A stretch of DNA of 64,000 nucleotides from a bacterium. GTDB lineage: Bacteria > UBA8248. Shown one piece after another: positions 1 to 9,692 of the stretch; the stretch's first letter is position 1, and every line of letters starts with the position of its first letter. The position numbers and the translations under genes are program-made. The stretch lies in assembly GCA_965207065.1 (NCBI GenBank), contig OZ242260.1, positions 4,032,001 through 4,096,000 on the forward strand, in the 5' to 3' direction. The notes under the pieces were generated by a model, which saw nothing but the letters and a program-made list of their open reading frames with translations, did no database searches and was not told the DNA's origin.

Positions 1-418
1 GTTCCGTGGCGTGGCCTCCACGTCGAGAAGGCCCGTGAACGCTGAGTTCATCAAGACCATCTTCACGCGCGATCATCCCGGCACGGCCTACCGCGACGTC
101 ATCAGTGAATACGCAGAGGCCATCTGCGCGCTGGACGACACGATCCCCAACGGGACGTATATCGACATGTGCGAGCGCCTGCCGCTGGTGAACCCCAAAA
201 AAATCACCGCCTCGGTGATGATAACGCGCGGGCAGTTCGACGGAATCGCCCATCTCGACGACCTGGTGGAATTCTTCAAGCTGCTGCCGAACCCGGACAA
301 GCAGTTCGTCATGATGCCGGGGATCGCCCACGCGAGCCTGCAGGAGAAGAACCACGACATCGTCTACTACCTGATCGAGCGCTTCTTCAGCCAGCCCGCG
401 CCCGTTTTCAAGGGTTGA
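1..418 (+). CDS. C-terminal part of an alpha/beta-fold hydrolase; gene probably starts before the window
   Basis: C-terminal pattern ITRGQFDGIA...MPGIAHASL, resembling the catalytic Asp/His region of alpha/beta hydrolases. Confidence 0.6.
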   Translation, partial: FRGVASTSRRPVNAEFIKTIFTRDHPGTAYRDVISEYAEAICALDDTIPNGTYIDMCERLPLVNPKKITASVMITRGQFDGIAHLDDLVEFFKLLPNPDKQFVMMPGIAHASLQEKNHDIVYYLIERFFSQPAPVFKG

Positions 419-588
419 AGACGCCCGGCGGCGGAAATGGCGGGGATTCGCCCCACTCCGCCCTCGCTTGATTCGCGCGGGGCAATGGGGCTAGATTAGG
501 GCCATCTATTCGTACAGACGGCAGGGGCGAGAACGTCCCTTATCGAAAAGCGAATGAATTCTTATCCCTCAAGCAGAAAGGCGCTTCC

Positions 589-1410
589 ATGGAAACCCAG
601 GACTGGTATTCCGTCAACAATTTCGCTCCGGGCAGCTATCAAATCACCGAGGGCGGCAGGTTCAACATGCTCCTCCTGGTGGGAGACGAGAAGGCGGTCG
701 CCATCGACGGCGGCATCGGCATCGCGAATTTGAGGAAACTCTACGAGAGCATCACGGACAAGCCCATCGACTTCGTCCTCACCCACACGCACTGGGACCA
801 CGTGGGCGCGGCATCGCAGTGGGACAGCGTGGGCGTGCACCCCGCCGGCAAGGACCTCCTCGCCAACGATTTGTCGAAACTCGAACAAGGCTTCCTGAAC
901 ATGTGGAAGAACAACGGGAACACCTTCCCCGACTGGTTCGACGAGGACGCCTACGGCATCAAACCCGCCACGTTCGGCTGGACGCTCTCAGAGGGCGACA
1001 CCTTCGACCTGGGCAACAGGAAGTTCCACGTCTACGAGACGCCCGGCCACTCGCCGTGCAGCATCTCGCTCTATGACGAGCGCGAGAAGATTCTCGTCTC
1101 GGGCGACCTGATCCGCTGTGAGGAATACCTCTTCCTGCAGGTGCCCACGGCGGTGCTCTCCGACTACGCGCCCTCGCTGCGCAAGCTCGAGAAAGTCGCC
1201 GCGGAGAACGAGGTGCGCTGGATCACCTCGGGCCACACCGACCCCTACCCGGACCCCTCCATCATCGGCGAGATGGCGCAGAACATGGAGGACCTCGAAG
1301 CGGGCAAGTGCGACCCGCCCGCCAAGGTGGACGGCGGCGCATGGGGCGAAGTGGACGAGTACGTCTTCCCCCGCGTGAAGGTATGGATTCAGGACCACGC
1401 GAGAAAGTAA
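589..1410 (+). CDS. Metallo-beta-lactamase-fold hydrolase (paralog 1)
   Basis: THTHWDH, TPGHS, SGD and GH motifs. Confidence 0.9.
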   Translation: METQDWYSVNNFAPGSYQITEGGRFNMLLLVGDEKAVAIDGGIGIANLRKLYESITDKPIDFVLTHTHWDHVGAASQWDSVGVHPAGKDLLANDLSKLEQGFLNMWKNNGNTFPDWFDEDAYGIKPATFGWTLSEGDTFDLGNRKFHVYETPGHSPCSISLYDEREKILVSGDLIRCEEYLFLQVPTAVLSDYAPSLRKLEKVAAENEVRWITSGHTDPYPDPSIIGEMAQNMEDLEAGKCDPPAKVDGGAWGEVDEYVFPRVKVWIQDHARK

Positions 1411-1430
1411 TCCTTAAGACAAGAGACGCC

Positions 1431-2246
1431 ATGGACACGCAAGGCTGGTATGAGGTCATCGAGTTCGCGCCGGGCGCCTATCAGATATCAGAGGCCGGGC
1501 GGTGGAACATGTTCCTCCTCGTGGGCGAGGAGAAGGCCCTCTCGCTCGACGGCGGAATCGGCGTGGGCAGCGTACGCAGGCTATGCGAGTCGATTACCGA
1601 CCTGCCGGTCGAGCACGTCCTGACCCACACGCACTGGGACCATGTGGGCGCAATCCATGAGTGGGAGGCGGTGGGCGTCCACCCGAACGGAAAAGATAAG
1701 CTCGCGAACGACTACAGCGCAGGCTGCAAGGATTTCGTGAATACCTGGGACGGAATACCCTTCCCCGAAGGGTTCGAGCCCGAGACCTTCACCATCCCGC
1801 CCGGCAAGTTCGGCCGGGCGGTGCAGGAAGGCGACGTCATCGACCTCGGCGGCAGAAAGATTCACGTATACGATACGCCGGGTCACTCGCCGTGCAGCAT
1901 CTCGCTCTATGACGAGAAAGAGCGCGTGCTCATCTCGGGCGATCTGGTGAAGCCCGGTCAGCCGCTCTTCATCCAGGTGCCGACGGCCGTCCTGTCCCAA
2001 TACGGGCCTTCGATGCGCAGACTCCAGCGAATCGCGGAAGATAACGACGCCAGATTCGTCTGCTCGGGCCATACCGACCCGTGCGAGGATATCGCCGTCA
2101 TCGGACGTATGGCGCAGTTCGTGGAGGAAGTAGCCGCCGGCGAGCACGAGCCGCCCGCCAAGGTGGAAGCCGGAAAATGGGGCGTCGTGGACGAGTACGT
2201 CTCCGGCGACATGAAGATATGGACGAACGACAACGCAAGAAAATAG
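1431..2246 (+). CDS. Metallo-beta-lactamase-fold hydrolase (paralog 2)
   Basis: Same motifs. Start placed at ATG 1431 (MDTQGWY) because it aligns with METQDWY of paralog 1. Confidence 0.9.
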   Translation: MDTQGWYEVIEFAPGAYQISEAGRWNMFLLVGEEKALSLDGGIGVGSVRRLCESITDLPVEHVLTHTHWDHVGAIHEWEAVGVHPNGKDKLANDYSAGCKDFVNTWDGIPFPEGFEPETFTIPPGKFGRAVQEGDVIDLGGRKIHVYDTPGHSPCSISLYDEKERVLISGDLVKPGQPLFIQVPTAVLSQYGPSMRRLQRIAEDNDARFVCSGHTDPCEDIAVIGRMAQFVEEVAAGEHEPPAKVEAGKWGVVDEYVSGDMKIWTNDNARK

Positions 2247-2262
2247 CGGAGGATCAACCCAA

Positions 2263-4209
2263 GTGAACGCCTCGGACATCATTTGGCGGCCGGATGAGGA
2301 TTTTCTGACGAACAGCCACGTCGCCAAGCTGATGAAAAAGCTCGGCATGACGGATTACCGCGACTTCCTCAGGTGGTCGGTCGAGGACATCCGGCGCTTC
2401 TGGGAGGTCGTGCTGGAAGACATGGGGCTTGACTGGTACAGGCCTTACGACGAGTTGCTGGACCTGAGCGGCGGCTTCCCGTGGGCGAAGTGGTTCATCG
2501 GCGGGGAGACGAACCTCGTCCTGAACTGCATCGACCGCCACGTGGAAGGCGGCCGCAAGGACCAGACTGCGCTAGTCTGGGAGAGCGACGGTGGAGAAAC
2601 CCGCACGTTCACCTACGCCGAACTCTCTGCGGAAGTATCGCGCCTCGCGAACGCCATGCGCGAGATGGGCCTGAAACCAGGCGACGTGGCGGGCGTGTTC
2701 CTCCCCATGGTGCCGGAAGCCGCCATCGTCATGTACGCGTGCTTCAAGACGGGGGTGGCCGTGCTGCCCGTCTTCTCGGGCTTCGGCCCCGAGGGTCTGG
2801 CCGAGCGCCTCATTCACGCGGAGGCGCGCATCCTCTTCACGGTGGACGGCGCCGTACGCCGGGGCAAGAAGGTGCCGCTCAAGGGCACGGTGGACGCAGC
2901 GCTGGAGCGCGGCACGAAGGTGGAAAAAGTGGTCGTGCTCGAACGCTCGGGCGACGCCGTTCCCATGCAGGAGGGGCGCGACGTCACCTGGGACGATTTC
3001 GTCGATGGACAATCGACGGAAGCCGAGACCGAGCGCCTGCCCGCCGACGCCGTCTCGATGATCATGTATACCTCTGGCACGACCGGCAAGCCCAAGGGCA
3101 CCGTCTACACCCACGCAGGGCTGATGAGCGGGCCGGGGCGCGAGCTCAAGTATTGCCTCGACATGCGCGACGGCGACACGGTCTTCTGGGTGACGGATTT
3201 CGGCTGGGTGATGGCGCCCTACGAGCTGGTGGGCTCTCACTTCAGCGGCCACTCGTGCCTGCTCTACGAGAGCGTGCCGAACCACCCCACGCCGGACCGC
3301 CTGTGGCAGATAATCGCGAGACACGGTGTCACCCACCTGGGGCTTTCTCCCACGGCGGTGCGCGTGCTGATAAGCGCGGGCGATGAGTGGGTGGAAAAAC
3401 ACGACCTCTCCTCACTGCGCGTGCTGGGCTCGACGGGCGAACCATGGGACCCGGAATCCTACATGTGGTATTTCGAAAAAGTGGGCGGCGGGCGCTGCCC
3501 CATCATGAACATATCGGGCGGCACCGAGATCGGCGCATGTCTCTTGCAGCCACTGCCCGTCATGGACCTCTCCCCCTGCACGCTGGGCGCACCCGCCATG
3601 GGCACGGACGCCGACGTGTTCGGCGAAGACGCTAGGCCGATTCGCGGCGAGGTGGGCCACCTGGTGCTCAAACAGCCCATTCCCTCGCTCACCAACGGTT
3701 TCTGGAAGGAGCCGGACCGTTACCTGGAGACCTACTTCTCCCGCTGGGAGGGCATCTGGTACCACGGCGACTGGGCCAAGGTGGACGAGCAGGGACTCTG
3801 GTATCTCTACGGGCGGTCTGACGACACCATCAAGGTCTCGGGCAAGCGCGTGGGGCCGAACGAGATCGAATCCGAACTCATCAAGCACCCCGGCGTCATC
3901 GAGGCCGCCGTGGTGGGAACGCCCCACCCGGTGAAGGGAGAGGGTCTGACGTGTTTCGTCGTCATGCACGACACCTATCAGCCGAGCGACGCGCTGCGCG
4001 AGGAGCTGAAAGATCAGGCGGTGGAATATCTCGGAAAGAGCCTGCGGCCCGATGAGGTGCGTTTCGTCAAGGCCCTGCCCAAGACGCGCTCCGCCAAAAT
4101 CGTGCGGGGCGCCATCAAGAAGGTCTACCTGGGTGAACAGGTGGATCACATGGACCTGAACTCGCTCGAAAACCCCGCACACCTGGACGCCATCAAGGAA
4201 GCTGTGTAG
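2263..4209 (+). CDS. AMP-forming acyl-CoA synthetase, acetate--CoA ligase-like (paralog 1)
   Basis: YTSGTTGKPKG AMP-binding motif, GRSDD, LPKTRSAKIVR. Confidence 0.92.
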   Translation: MNASDIIWRPDEDFLTNSHVAKLMKKLGMTDYRDFLRWSVEDIRRFWEVVLEDMGLDWYRPYDELLDLSGGFPWAKWFIGGETNLVLNCIDRHVEGGRKDQTALVWESDGGETRTFTYAELSAEVSRLANAMREMGLKPGDVAGVFLPMVPEAAIVMYACFKTGVAVLPVFSGFGPEGLAERLIHAEARILFTVDGAVRRGKKVPLKGTVDAALERGTKVEKVVVLERSGDAVPMQEGRDVTWDDFVDGQSTEAETERLPADAVSMIMYTSGTTGKPKGTVYTHAGLMSGPGRELKYCLDMRDGDTVFWVTDFGWVMAPYELVGSHFSGHSCLLYESVPNHPTPDRLWQIIARHGVTHLGLSPTAVRVLISAGDEWVEKHDLSSLRVLGSTGEPWDPESYMWYFEKVGGGRCPIMNISGGTEIGACLLQPLPVMDLSPCTLGAPAMGTDADVFGEDARPIRGEVGHLVLKQPIPSLTNGFWKEPDRYLETYFSRWEGIWYHGDWAKVDEQGLWYLYGRSDDTIKVSGKRVGPNEIESELIKHPGVIEAAVVGTPHPVKGEGLTCFVVMHDTYQPSDALREELKDQAVEYLGKSLRPDEVRFVKALPKTRSAKIVRGAIKKVYLGEQVDHMDLNSLENPAHLDAIKEAV

Positions 4210-4211
4210 CC

Positions 4212-6155
4212 ATGCCCGAAGAAATCATCTGGCGGCCGAACGAGGATTTTCTCGAGAACTCGAACGTCGCCCGCTTCATGAAGAAACAGGGGCTGGCGAG
4301 TTACGAGGCGTTGATTGATTTCTTCCGGGAAGACGTCGGCCGCTTCTGGTCGGCCATCGAGAAGGACATGGGCGTCTCCTGGTACAGGCCGTATGACGAG
4401 ATAATGGACCCATCGGGCGGCCTGCCCTGGACGAAGTGGTTCCTGGGCGGGGAACTCAACATCGTCCACAACTGCATCGACAGGCATCTTATAACGCTCA
4501 AGCGCGACAAGACGGCCCTCATCTGGGAAGGTGACGGCGGCGATGTGCGCCGCTACACCTACGCCGAGATGAACGCCCGCGTCTGCCGGCTGGCGAACGC
4601 CATGCGCGGGATGGGGATGCGCCCCGGCGACAGCGCCGGCATTTTCATGCCCATGCTCCCCGAGACGGTGTTCGCCATGTTCGCGTGCCTGAAAGTCGGA
4701 GTGGTCGCGATTCCCATCTTCTCGGGCTTCGGCCCCGAAGCCGTCGCCGAGCGACTGGAGCACGCAGAAGCCAGGCTCGTCTTCACGTCTAACGGCGGGA
4801 TGCGCCGGGGCAAGGAAATCGGCGTGAAAGACCTGATGGACAAGGCCCTGAGCTTAGGCACACAAGTCGAGAAGGTAGTGGTCTTCAAGAGAACCGATAC
4901 GGACGTCCCCATGCAGGCCGGACGGGACGTTTACTGGGACGATTTCATCGACGGACAATCCGAAGAAGCCGAAACCGAGCGCCTGCCCGCCGAGGCCCAC
5001 TCCCTCATCATCTATACTTCGGGCACAACGGGAAAGCCGAAGGGCACGGTGCACACCCACGCGGGGTGCATGCTGAACGTGTCCAAGGAGATCCGCTACT
5101 GCATGGACCTGCGCGATGAGGACACATTGTTCTGGGTGACGGACATCGGCTGGATGATGGGTCCGTGGAAGATGATAGGCGTTCAGTTCGGGGGCGGCAC
5201 CTATCTGATTTACGAGGGCGCACCCAACTGGCCCGAACCAGACAGGCTCTGGAAGATGCTGAGCGACCACGGGGTCACCATCTTCGGCGTCTCGCCCACC
5301 GCAGTGCGGCTCCTCATCAGCATGGGCGATGAATGGGTGGAAAAACACGACCTCTCGAAGTTGCGCGTGCTGGCCTCGACCGGCGAGCCATGGGACCCGG
5401 AATCCTACATGTGGTATTTCGAAAAAGTGGGCGGCGGGCGGTGCCCCGTCATGAACATATCGGGCGGCACCGAACTTTGCGGCTGCATACTCCAGCCCTA
5501 CCCCATCGTCCCGCTCACGCCGTGCTCGCTCGGCGGCCCGGCCCTGGGTTCTGACGCAGACGTGTTCAACGAGGAGGGCGAACCCGTGCGCGGGGAAATC
5601 GGCCATCTCGTGCTCAAACAGGCCGTCCCCTCGATGACCAAGGGATTCCTCAAAGACGATGCGCGCTTCCTCGAGACGTATTTCTCGCGCTGGCCGGACG
5701 TCTGGTACCACGGCGACTGGGCGCGCCTGGATGCGGACGGGCAGTGGTATCTCTTCGGGCGGTCCGACGACACCATCAACATCGCTGGTAAGCGCGTGGG
5801 ACCCGCCGAGGTGGAGTCCGCCCTCATCCGGCATCCCGCCGTGGTGGAAGCCGCCGTCATCGGCGCGCCGCACCCCATCAAGGGCGAGGGGCTATGCTGT
5901 TTCGTGGTGCTGGCCGCGGATCAAGAGCCTGCCGACGCGCTGCGCGAGGAACTGAAAGAAGAGACCGTCAAATATCTGGGAAAGAGTCTCAGGCCCGATG
6001 AGGTGAAGTTCGTCGAGGCGCTGCCCAAGACGCGCTCGGCCAAAATCGTGCGCGCCGCCATCAAGAAGGTCTATATGGGCGAGGACCCCGCGAGCATCGA
6101 CACCTCATCCATCGAGGTACCGGAGTTTTTACGCGCCATCAAAGAGGCGCGATGA
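4212..6155 (+). CDS. AMP-forming acyl-CoA synthetase, acetate--CoA ligase-like (paralog 2)
   Basis: Same motifs; starts 2 nt after the stop of paralog 1. Confidence 0.92.
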   Translation: MPEEIIWRPNEDFLENSNVARFMKKQGLASYEALIDFFREDVGRFWSAIEKDMGVSWYRPYDEIMDPSGGLPWTKWFLGGELNIVHNCIDRHLITLKRDKTALIWEGDGGDVRRYTYAEMNARVCRLANAMRGMGMRPGDSAGIFMPMLPETVFAMFACLKVGVVAIPIFSGFGPEAVAERLEHAEARLVFTSNGGMRRGKEIGVKDLMDKALSLGTQVEKVVVFKRTDTDVPMQAGRDVYWDDFIDGQSEEAETERLPAEAHSLIIYTSGTTGKPKGTVHTHAGCMLNVSKEIRYCMDLRDEDTLFWVTDIGWMMGPWKMIGVQFGGGTYLIYEGAPNWPEPDRLWKMLSDHGVTIFGVSPTAVRLLISMGDEWVEKHDLSKLRVLASTGEPWDPESYMWYFEKVGGGRCPVMNISGGTELCGCILQPYPIVPLTPCSLGGPALGSDADVFNEEGEPVRGEIGHLVLKQAVPSMTKGFLKDDARFLETYFSRWPDVWYHGDWARLDADGQWYLFGRSDDTINIAGKRVGPAEVESALIRHPAVVEAAVIGAPHPIKGEGLCCFVVLAADQEPADALREELKEETVKYLGKSLRPDEVKFVEALPKTRSAKIVRAAIKKVYMGEDPASIDTSSIEVPEFLRAIKEAR

Positions 6156-6156
6156 G

Positions 6157-6414
6157 GTGTCGCTCCTGAACTGCCCCGAATGCGGGGGGCTCCTGAGCAC
6201 AGAAGCCGAATCGTGTCCCCACTGCGGCTATCCGCTCAGAAAGGGCGGCATCGCGGGCGTCTTCAAAGCCATCGCGCAGATCCCGTGTTTCGTCGCGGGC
6301 CTGATCCTCATCTTTATTTTCCTTTTCTTCGGCCTGATTCTCCTGGACGTCTACTACTTCCACGGACTGCTCTTCAAGTTGTTCGGGGTCGAGACCCACG
6401 TCACCACTTTCTAG
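6157..6414 (+). CDS. Small zinc-ribbon membrane protein
   Basis: CPEC...CPHC followed by a hydrophobic segment; GAGG before the GTG start. Confidence 0.75.
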   Translation: MSLLNCPECGGLLSTEAESCPHCGYPLRKGGIAGVFKAIAQIPCFVAGLILIFIFLFFGLILLDVYYFHGLLFKLFGVETHVTTF

Positions 6415-6427
6415 GCGCAGGCGCGCG

Positions 6428-6544
6428 GGATTGTTGGAAAAACCCGCAGAAGGAGCGCACTAGATTTCACTCCCCCTTGAGGGGGAGTGAAATGCAAAGG
6501 CGTTCGCGCTACCCAAATTCACTTGCCGAGACTTTTCAACAACC
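6428..6544. repeat. MITE-like element with an internal REP-like palindrome
   Basis: Ends GATTGTTGGAAAAA / ACTTTTCAACAACC; hairpin ATTTCACTCCCCCT-TG-AGGGGGAGTGAAAT at 6464-6493; left part nearly identical to the copy from 44311. Confidence 0.7.
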
Positions 6545-6571
6545 ACTCGCACCTGCTCCGGCCATTCTCCG

Positions 6572-7870
6572 TCAGTTCATGATCATGCGCGGGAGCCAGA
6601 GCACGAGTTCGGGAAAGATGATCGTCAGGGCGACGACGATGAGCGACAGCAGAATATAGGGAATCGCCAGGACGGCCAGCCGCTCGAATGGCAGTTCCGT
6701 GACCGGGATGAGCGCGTAGAGCACCATGCCGACGGGCGGCGTGAGCAGGCCGATCGTGAGGGCGACCGTCATCACCACCCCGAAATGGATGGGATCGATG
6801 CCGAATTTCTCCGCCGTGGGCAGCAGTATCGGCGTCAGGATCAGGATGGCGGGGGTCTCCGCCATGAAGCAGCCGACGATCATCCACAGTATTGTGAACA
6901 GGAAGAGCAGGTACGTCGGGTCGGTGGTGATCTGCGTGATCAGCGCGGCCAGGGCGTCTGGCACCTGCCCGCGGATCATCACCACGCCGAACGCCGAGGT
7001 GAAGGCGATGACCAGCATGATGACGGCCGTGTCGATCATCGTCCCCTTGATCTCGCGCATCAGGTGACGCCAGCCGTATTCCCGGTAGAAGAGAAGCCCC
7101 AGCACCATCGCGTAGAACGCCGCGACGGCGGCCGCCTCGGTCGGGGTGAAGATGCCCCCGTAAATGCCGCCGATGATGATGACGGGCGTCATGAGCGGCA
7201 AAAAGGCGTTCCGGAACGAGACGAGAAGCTCGCGGATTCCCGCCATGGAGCCTGACGGGTAATTACCCCGGCGGGCGCGGTAGCTCACGTAGATGATGAA
7301 GCAGATCGCCATCAGCGTGCCGGGGATGACGCCGCCCAGGAACAACGAGCCGATGGATTCTTCCGCGATGACCCCGTAGGCCACGAGCGGGATGCTCGGG
7401 GGGATGATGGGGCCGATCAATGAGGATGCCGCTGTAATGCCTGCACTGAAATCCCTGTCGTAGCCCTCCTGCAGCATGGCGCGCATCTCGACCGTGCCGA
7501 GTCCCACGGCGTCGGCCGTCGCCGCGCCCGACATGCCCGCGAAGATCATGCTCGCGAGGACGTTCGCGTGACCCAGCCCCCCCTTCAGGGGACGCGACAC
7601 CACGCTCACGAAGCCGAAGAGCCGCTCCGTGATGCCGCCCACGTTCATGAGCCTGCCGGTCAGGAGGAAGAACGGGATGGCCAGCAGGAGGAAGTTGTTG
7701 ATCTTGGCGAACGCCAGCCGGGCGATCATCGACGAAGTGCGCGGGTCCAGGAAATCTCCGAAGAAATAGCCCGCCCCCACCATGGACACCGTGCCCGCAC
7801 CGAACCCCACCGGGAAGCCCAGCATGATCAGGATGACGAGTGCGAATGCCAGAAAGGCGTAGGCGGCCAT
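6572..7870 (-). CDS. dctM: TRAP transporter large permease
   Basis: LLAIPFF, GPIIPPS, GIFTPTEAA, GLLTPPVG motifs. Confidence 0.95.
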   Translation of the reverse strand: MAAYAFLAFALVILIMLGFPVGFGAGTVSMVGAGYFFGDFLDPRTSSMIARLAFAKINNFLLLAIPFFLLTGRLMNVGGITERLFGFVSVVSRPLKGGLGHANVLASMIFAGMSGAATADAVGLGTVEMRAMLQEGYDRDFSAGITAASSLIGPIIPPSIPLVAYGVIAEESIGSLFLGGVIPGTLMAICFIIYVSYRARRGNYPSGSMAGIRELLVSFRNAFLPLMTPVIIIGGIYGGIFTPTEAAAVAAFYAMVLGLLFYREYGWRHLMREIKGTMIDTAVIMLVIAFTSAFGVVMIRGQVPDALAALITQITTDPTYLLFLFTILWMIVGCFMAETPAILILTPILLPTAEKFGIDPIHFGVVMTVALTIGLLTPPVGMVLYALIPVTELPFERLAVLAIPYILLSLIVVALTIIFPELVLWLPRMIMN

Positions 7871-7872
7871 CG

Positions 7873-8430
7873 TTATATGGTTCCCTTCGTGTCGTCAGAC
7901 CCCGAGAACAAGGCCCGTAAACTCTCTGCGAACCAATAGAGAACGTAAACTATGGTCAGCGCGACCGCGATGCACTCGATGAGGTAGAGATACCCGGTGC
8001 GCAGCCAGGAGATGGCGATCATGTAGGATTCCCAGGTGACGGAAACCATCGCCCAGGCGCCGCGCAGCAGAAAAATCAGGAAAACGAGGATGACGGCATG
8101 GAACAGCATTCCGACGAGCGCGCGGAGGCGGGGCGGGAGGCGGTTCAAGAGAAAATCGACGACGATGTGGCGTTTTTCCGCGACGCCGATGGCTATCCCC
8201 AGGAACACGCTCGTGATGAAGAGGATTCTCGCCAGCTCTTCGGTCCAGTCGACGGATATGGCGAGCTTGCGGAAGAGAATCTGCGCCCACGTCGAGAGGA
8301 GCATGCCGCAAAACCCGACGAGGGCGACGCCCGTGACGAGTCGAGTCACGTTTCGCAAAATTGCCCTGGGCGAGCGTGAAGTCACGAACCCGGAACCCTC
8401 CGCATGGATAGACTCAGGAGAAAACCTCAA
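7873..8430 (-). CDS. dctQ: TRAP transporter small permease
   Basis: WTEELAR and HIVVD motifs, four hydrophobic segments, lies between dctP and dctM. Confidence 0.9.
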   Translation of the reverse strand: MRFSPESIHAEGSGFVTSRSPRAILRNVTRLVTGVALVGFCGMLLSTWAQILFRKLAISVDWTEELARILFITSVFLGIAIGVAEKRHIVVDFLLNRLPPRLRALVGMLFHAVILVFLIFLLRGAWAMVSVTWESYMIAISWLRTGYLYLIECIAVALTIVYVLYWFAESLRALFSGSDDTKGTI

Positions 8431-8490
8431 GCCCCCCGGCGCCCCGCGAACCAGCTCACGAAGCGCCGGAGAGTTACTGGAGAATTGTCG

Positions 8491-9477
8491 TTACATCGCC
8501 TGTTTGGCCATGTCGTCGAGCAGTCCGGGACGGCATTTTTCCTTTGCGAACTTTTGAACAATCGGCTCGGCGATTTTCTTGAAGGCCGCGACGTTCGGCT
8601 TGACGACCTTCATCCCCTTGGCTTTGAGCTTGGCCTCGACGTCGGCGAAGGACTTCCAGACGGCGTCGGTCATCCAGTCGATGGCCTTCTTCGCCTCCTC
8701 GTCGAAGATTTTCTTGTGCCCGGCACTCAGAGATTTATAGAACCCGTTGTTGGCCGAGACGACAAAATAGCTCCAGACGTGGCCCGTGAGGTTCAGGTAA
8801 TTCTGCACCTCAAAGAAGTTCGAGCCGTAGATGGTGCCGAGCGGGTTTTCCTGCGCCTCGACCGTCCCGGTCTGGAGCGCGCCGTAGAGCTCCTTGAAAG
8901 ACATCGGCACGGGGTTCGCCCCGAACGCCTTGAAGACGCGCTGGCGCAGCTTGTTCGTGATGCGCACCTTGATGCCCTTCATGTCCGAGGGATTCTTGAC
9001 GGGCACTTTCGAGGTGAGGTTCCGCGCTCCGCGGTGCCCCACGCCGACGATACGGATGTTGTGCTTCTTCTCGAGGACGGAACTCACCTCTTTACCGAGC
9101 GGGCCGTTCCACACCTTGAGTCCGTGATTGCCGTCCTTGTAGACGAACTCGGCTTCCATGCACTGGTATTCCTTGACGAGATGGTGCACCACGACCGGCC
9201 CCGCCACGTGCAACTGAATCTCGTTCGTCCCCAACTGCTGGAGCAGCTGCTTGTCGCCGCCCAGGGCGCCGCCGGCGATGATCTGCATGTCGAGTTCGCC
9301 TTTGGAGCGCGACCGCATGGCGTCGGCCCAGCGCTGCATGGCCTGGACGCTGAATTCCTTGGTGCTGTTCGTCGTGCCCAGCGTGAATTTCACCTTTGCG
9401 GCATCGGCGGCGGGCGCAATGAGCGCCACACAAACCAACAACGCAACGATTGCAAAACCGGTTCTCAACGATTTCAT
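8491..9477 (-). CDS. dctP: TRAP transporter substrate-binding protein
   Basis: Signal peptide; DMKGIKVR and ELYGALQTGTVEAQENP motifs; ATG at 9477 with a GGGG-type RBS. Confidence 0.92.
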   Translation of the reverse strand: MKSLRTGFAIVALLVCVALIAPAADAAKVKFTLGTTNSTKEFSVQAMQRWADAMRSRSKGELDMQIIAGGALGGDKQLLQQLGTNEIQLHVAGPVVVHHLVKEYQCMEAEFVYKDGNHGLKVWNGPLGKEVSSVLEKKHNIRIVGVGHRGARNLTSKVPVKNPSDMKGIKVRITNKLRQRVFKAFGANPVPMSFKELYGALQTGTVEAQENPLGTIYGSNFFEVQNYLNLTGHVWSYFVVSANNGFYKSLSAGHKKIFDEEAKKAIDWMTDAVWKSFADVEAKLKAKGMKVVKPNVAAFKKIAEPIVQKFAKEKCRPGLLDDMAKQAM

Positions 9478-9586
9478 CGGACATTCCCCCTTAGAGTTGT
9501 CTTTCCGGAAACCCGGCCTCACGCCCGATGATCCCCGAAATGATCAAAGGCGCTCGGCGCTGAGAAAATAATCGTTGCCTTTATGT

Positions 9587-9630
9587 ATGGACAAGAAATG
9601 GACAAGAAATGGACAAGAAATGGACAAGAA
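9587..9630 (+). repeat. Perfect tandem repeat, 4 x ATGGACAAGAA
   Basis: Read directly from the sequence; upstream of dctP. Confidence 0.95.
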
Positions 9631-9631
9631 A

Positions 9632-9659
9632 ATTATCATAAGAATCCTCCCAAAGTCAA
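9632..9659 (-). promoter_or_regulatory. Putative sigma70-type promoter for the TRAP operon
   Basis: Minus strand TTGACT-16 nt-GATAAT, directly upstream of the 11-bp tandem array. Confidence 0.5.
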
Positions 9660-9692
9660 GATCAAGGCGGGCTATTCGCGCCCTCGTTCACG

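Noticed and set aside
1308-1430. N-terminal extension of the second MBL gene in the ORF track
   Set aside because: It overlaps paralog 1; alignment with paralog 1 fixes the start at 1431.
9587-9630. CRISPR-like array
   Set aside because: The units are 11 bp with no spacers, and no cas genes are present. The dispersed palindromes elsewhere are not regularly spaced.
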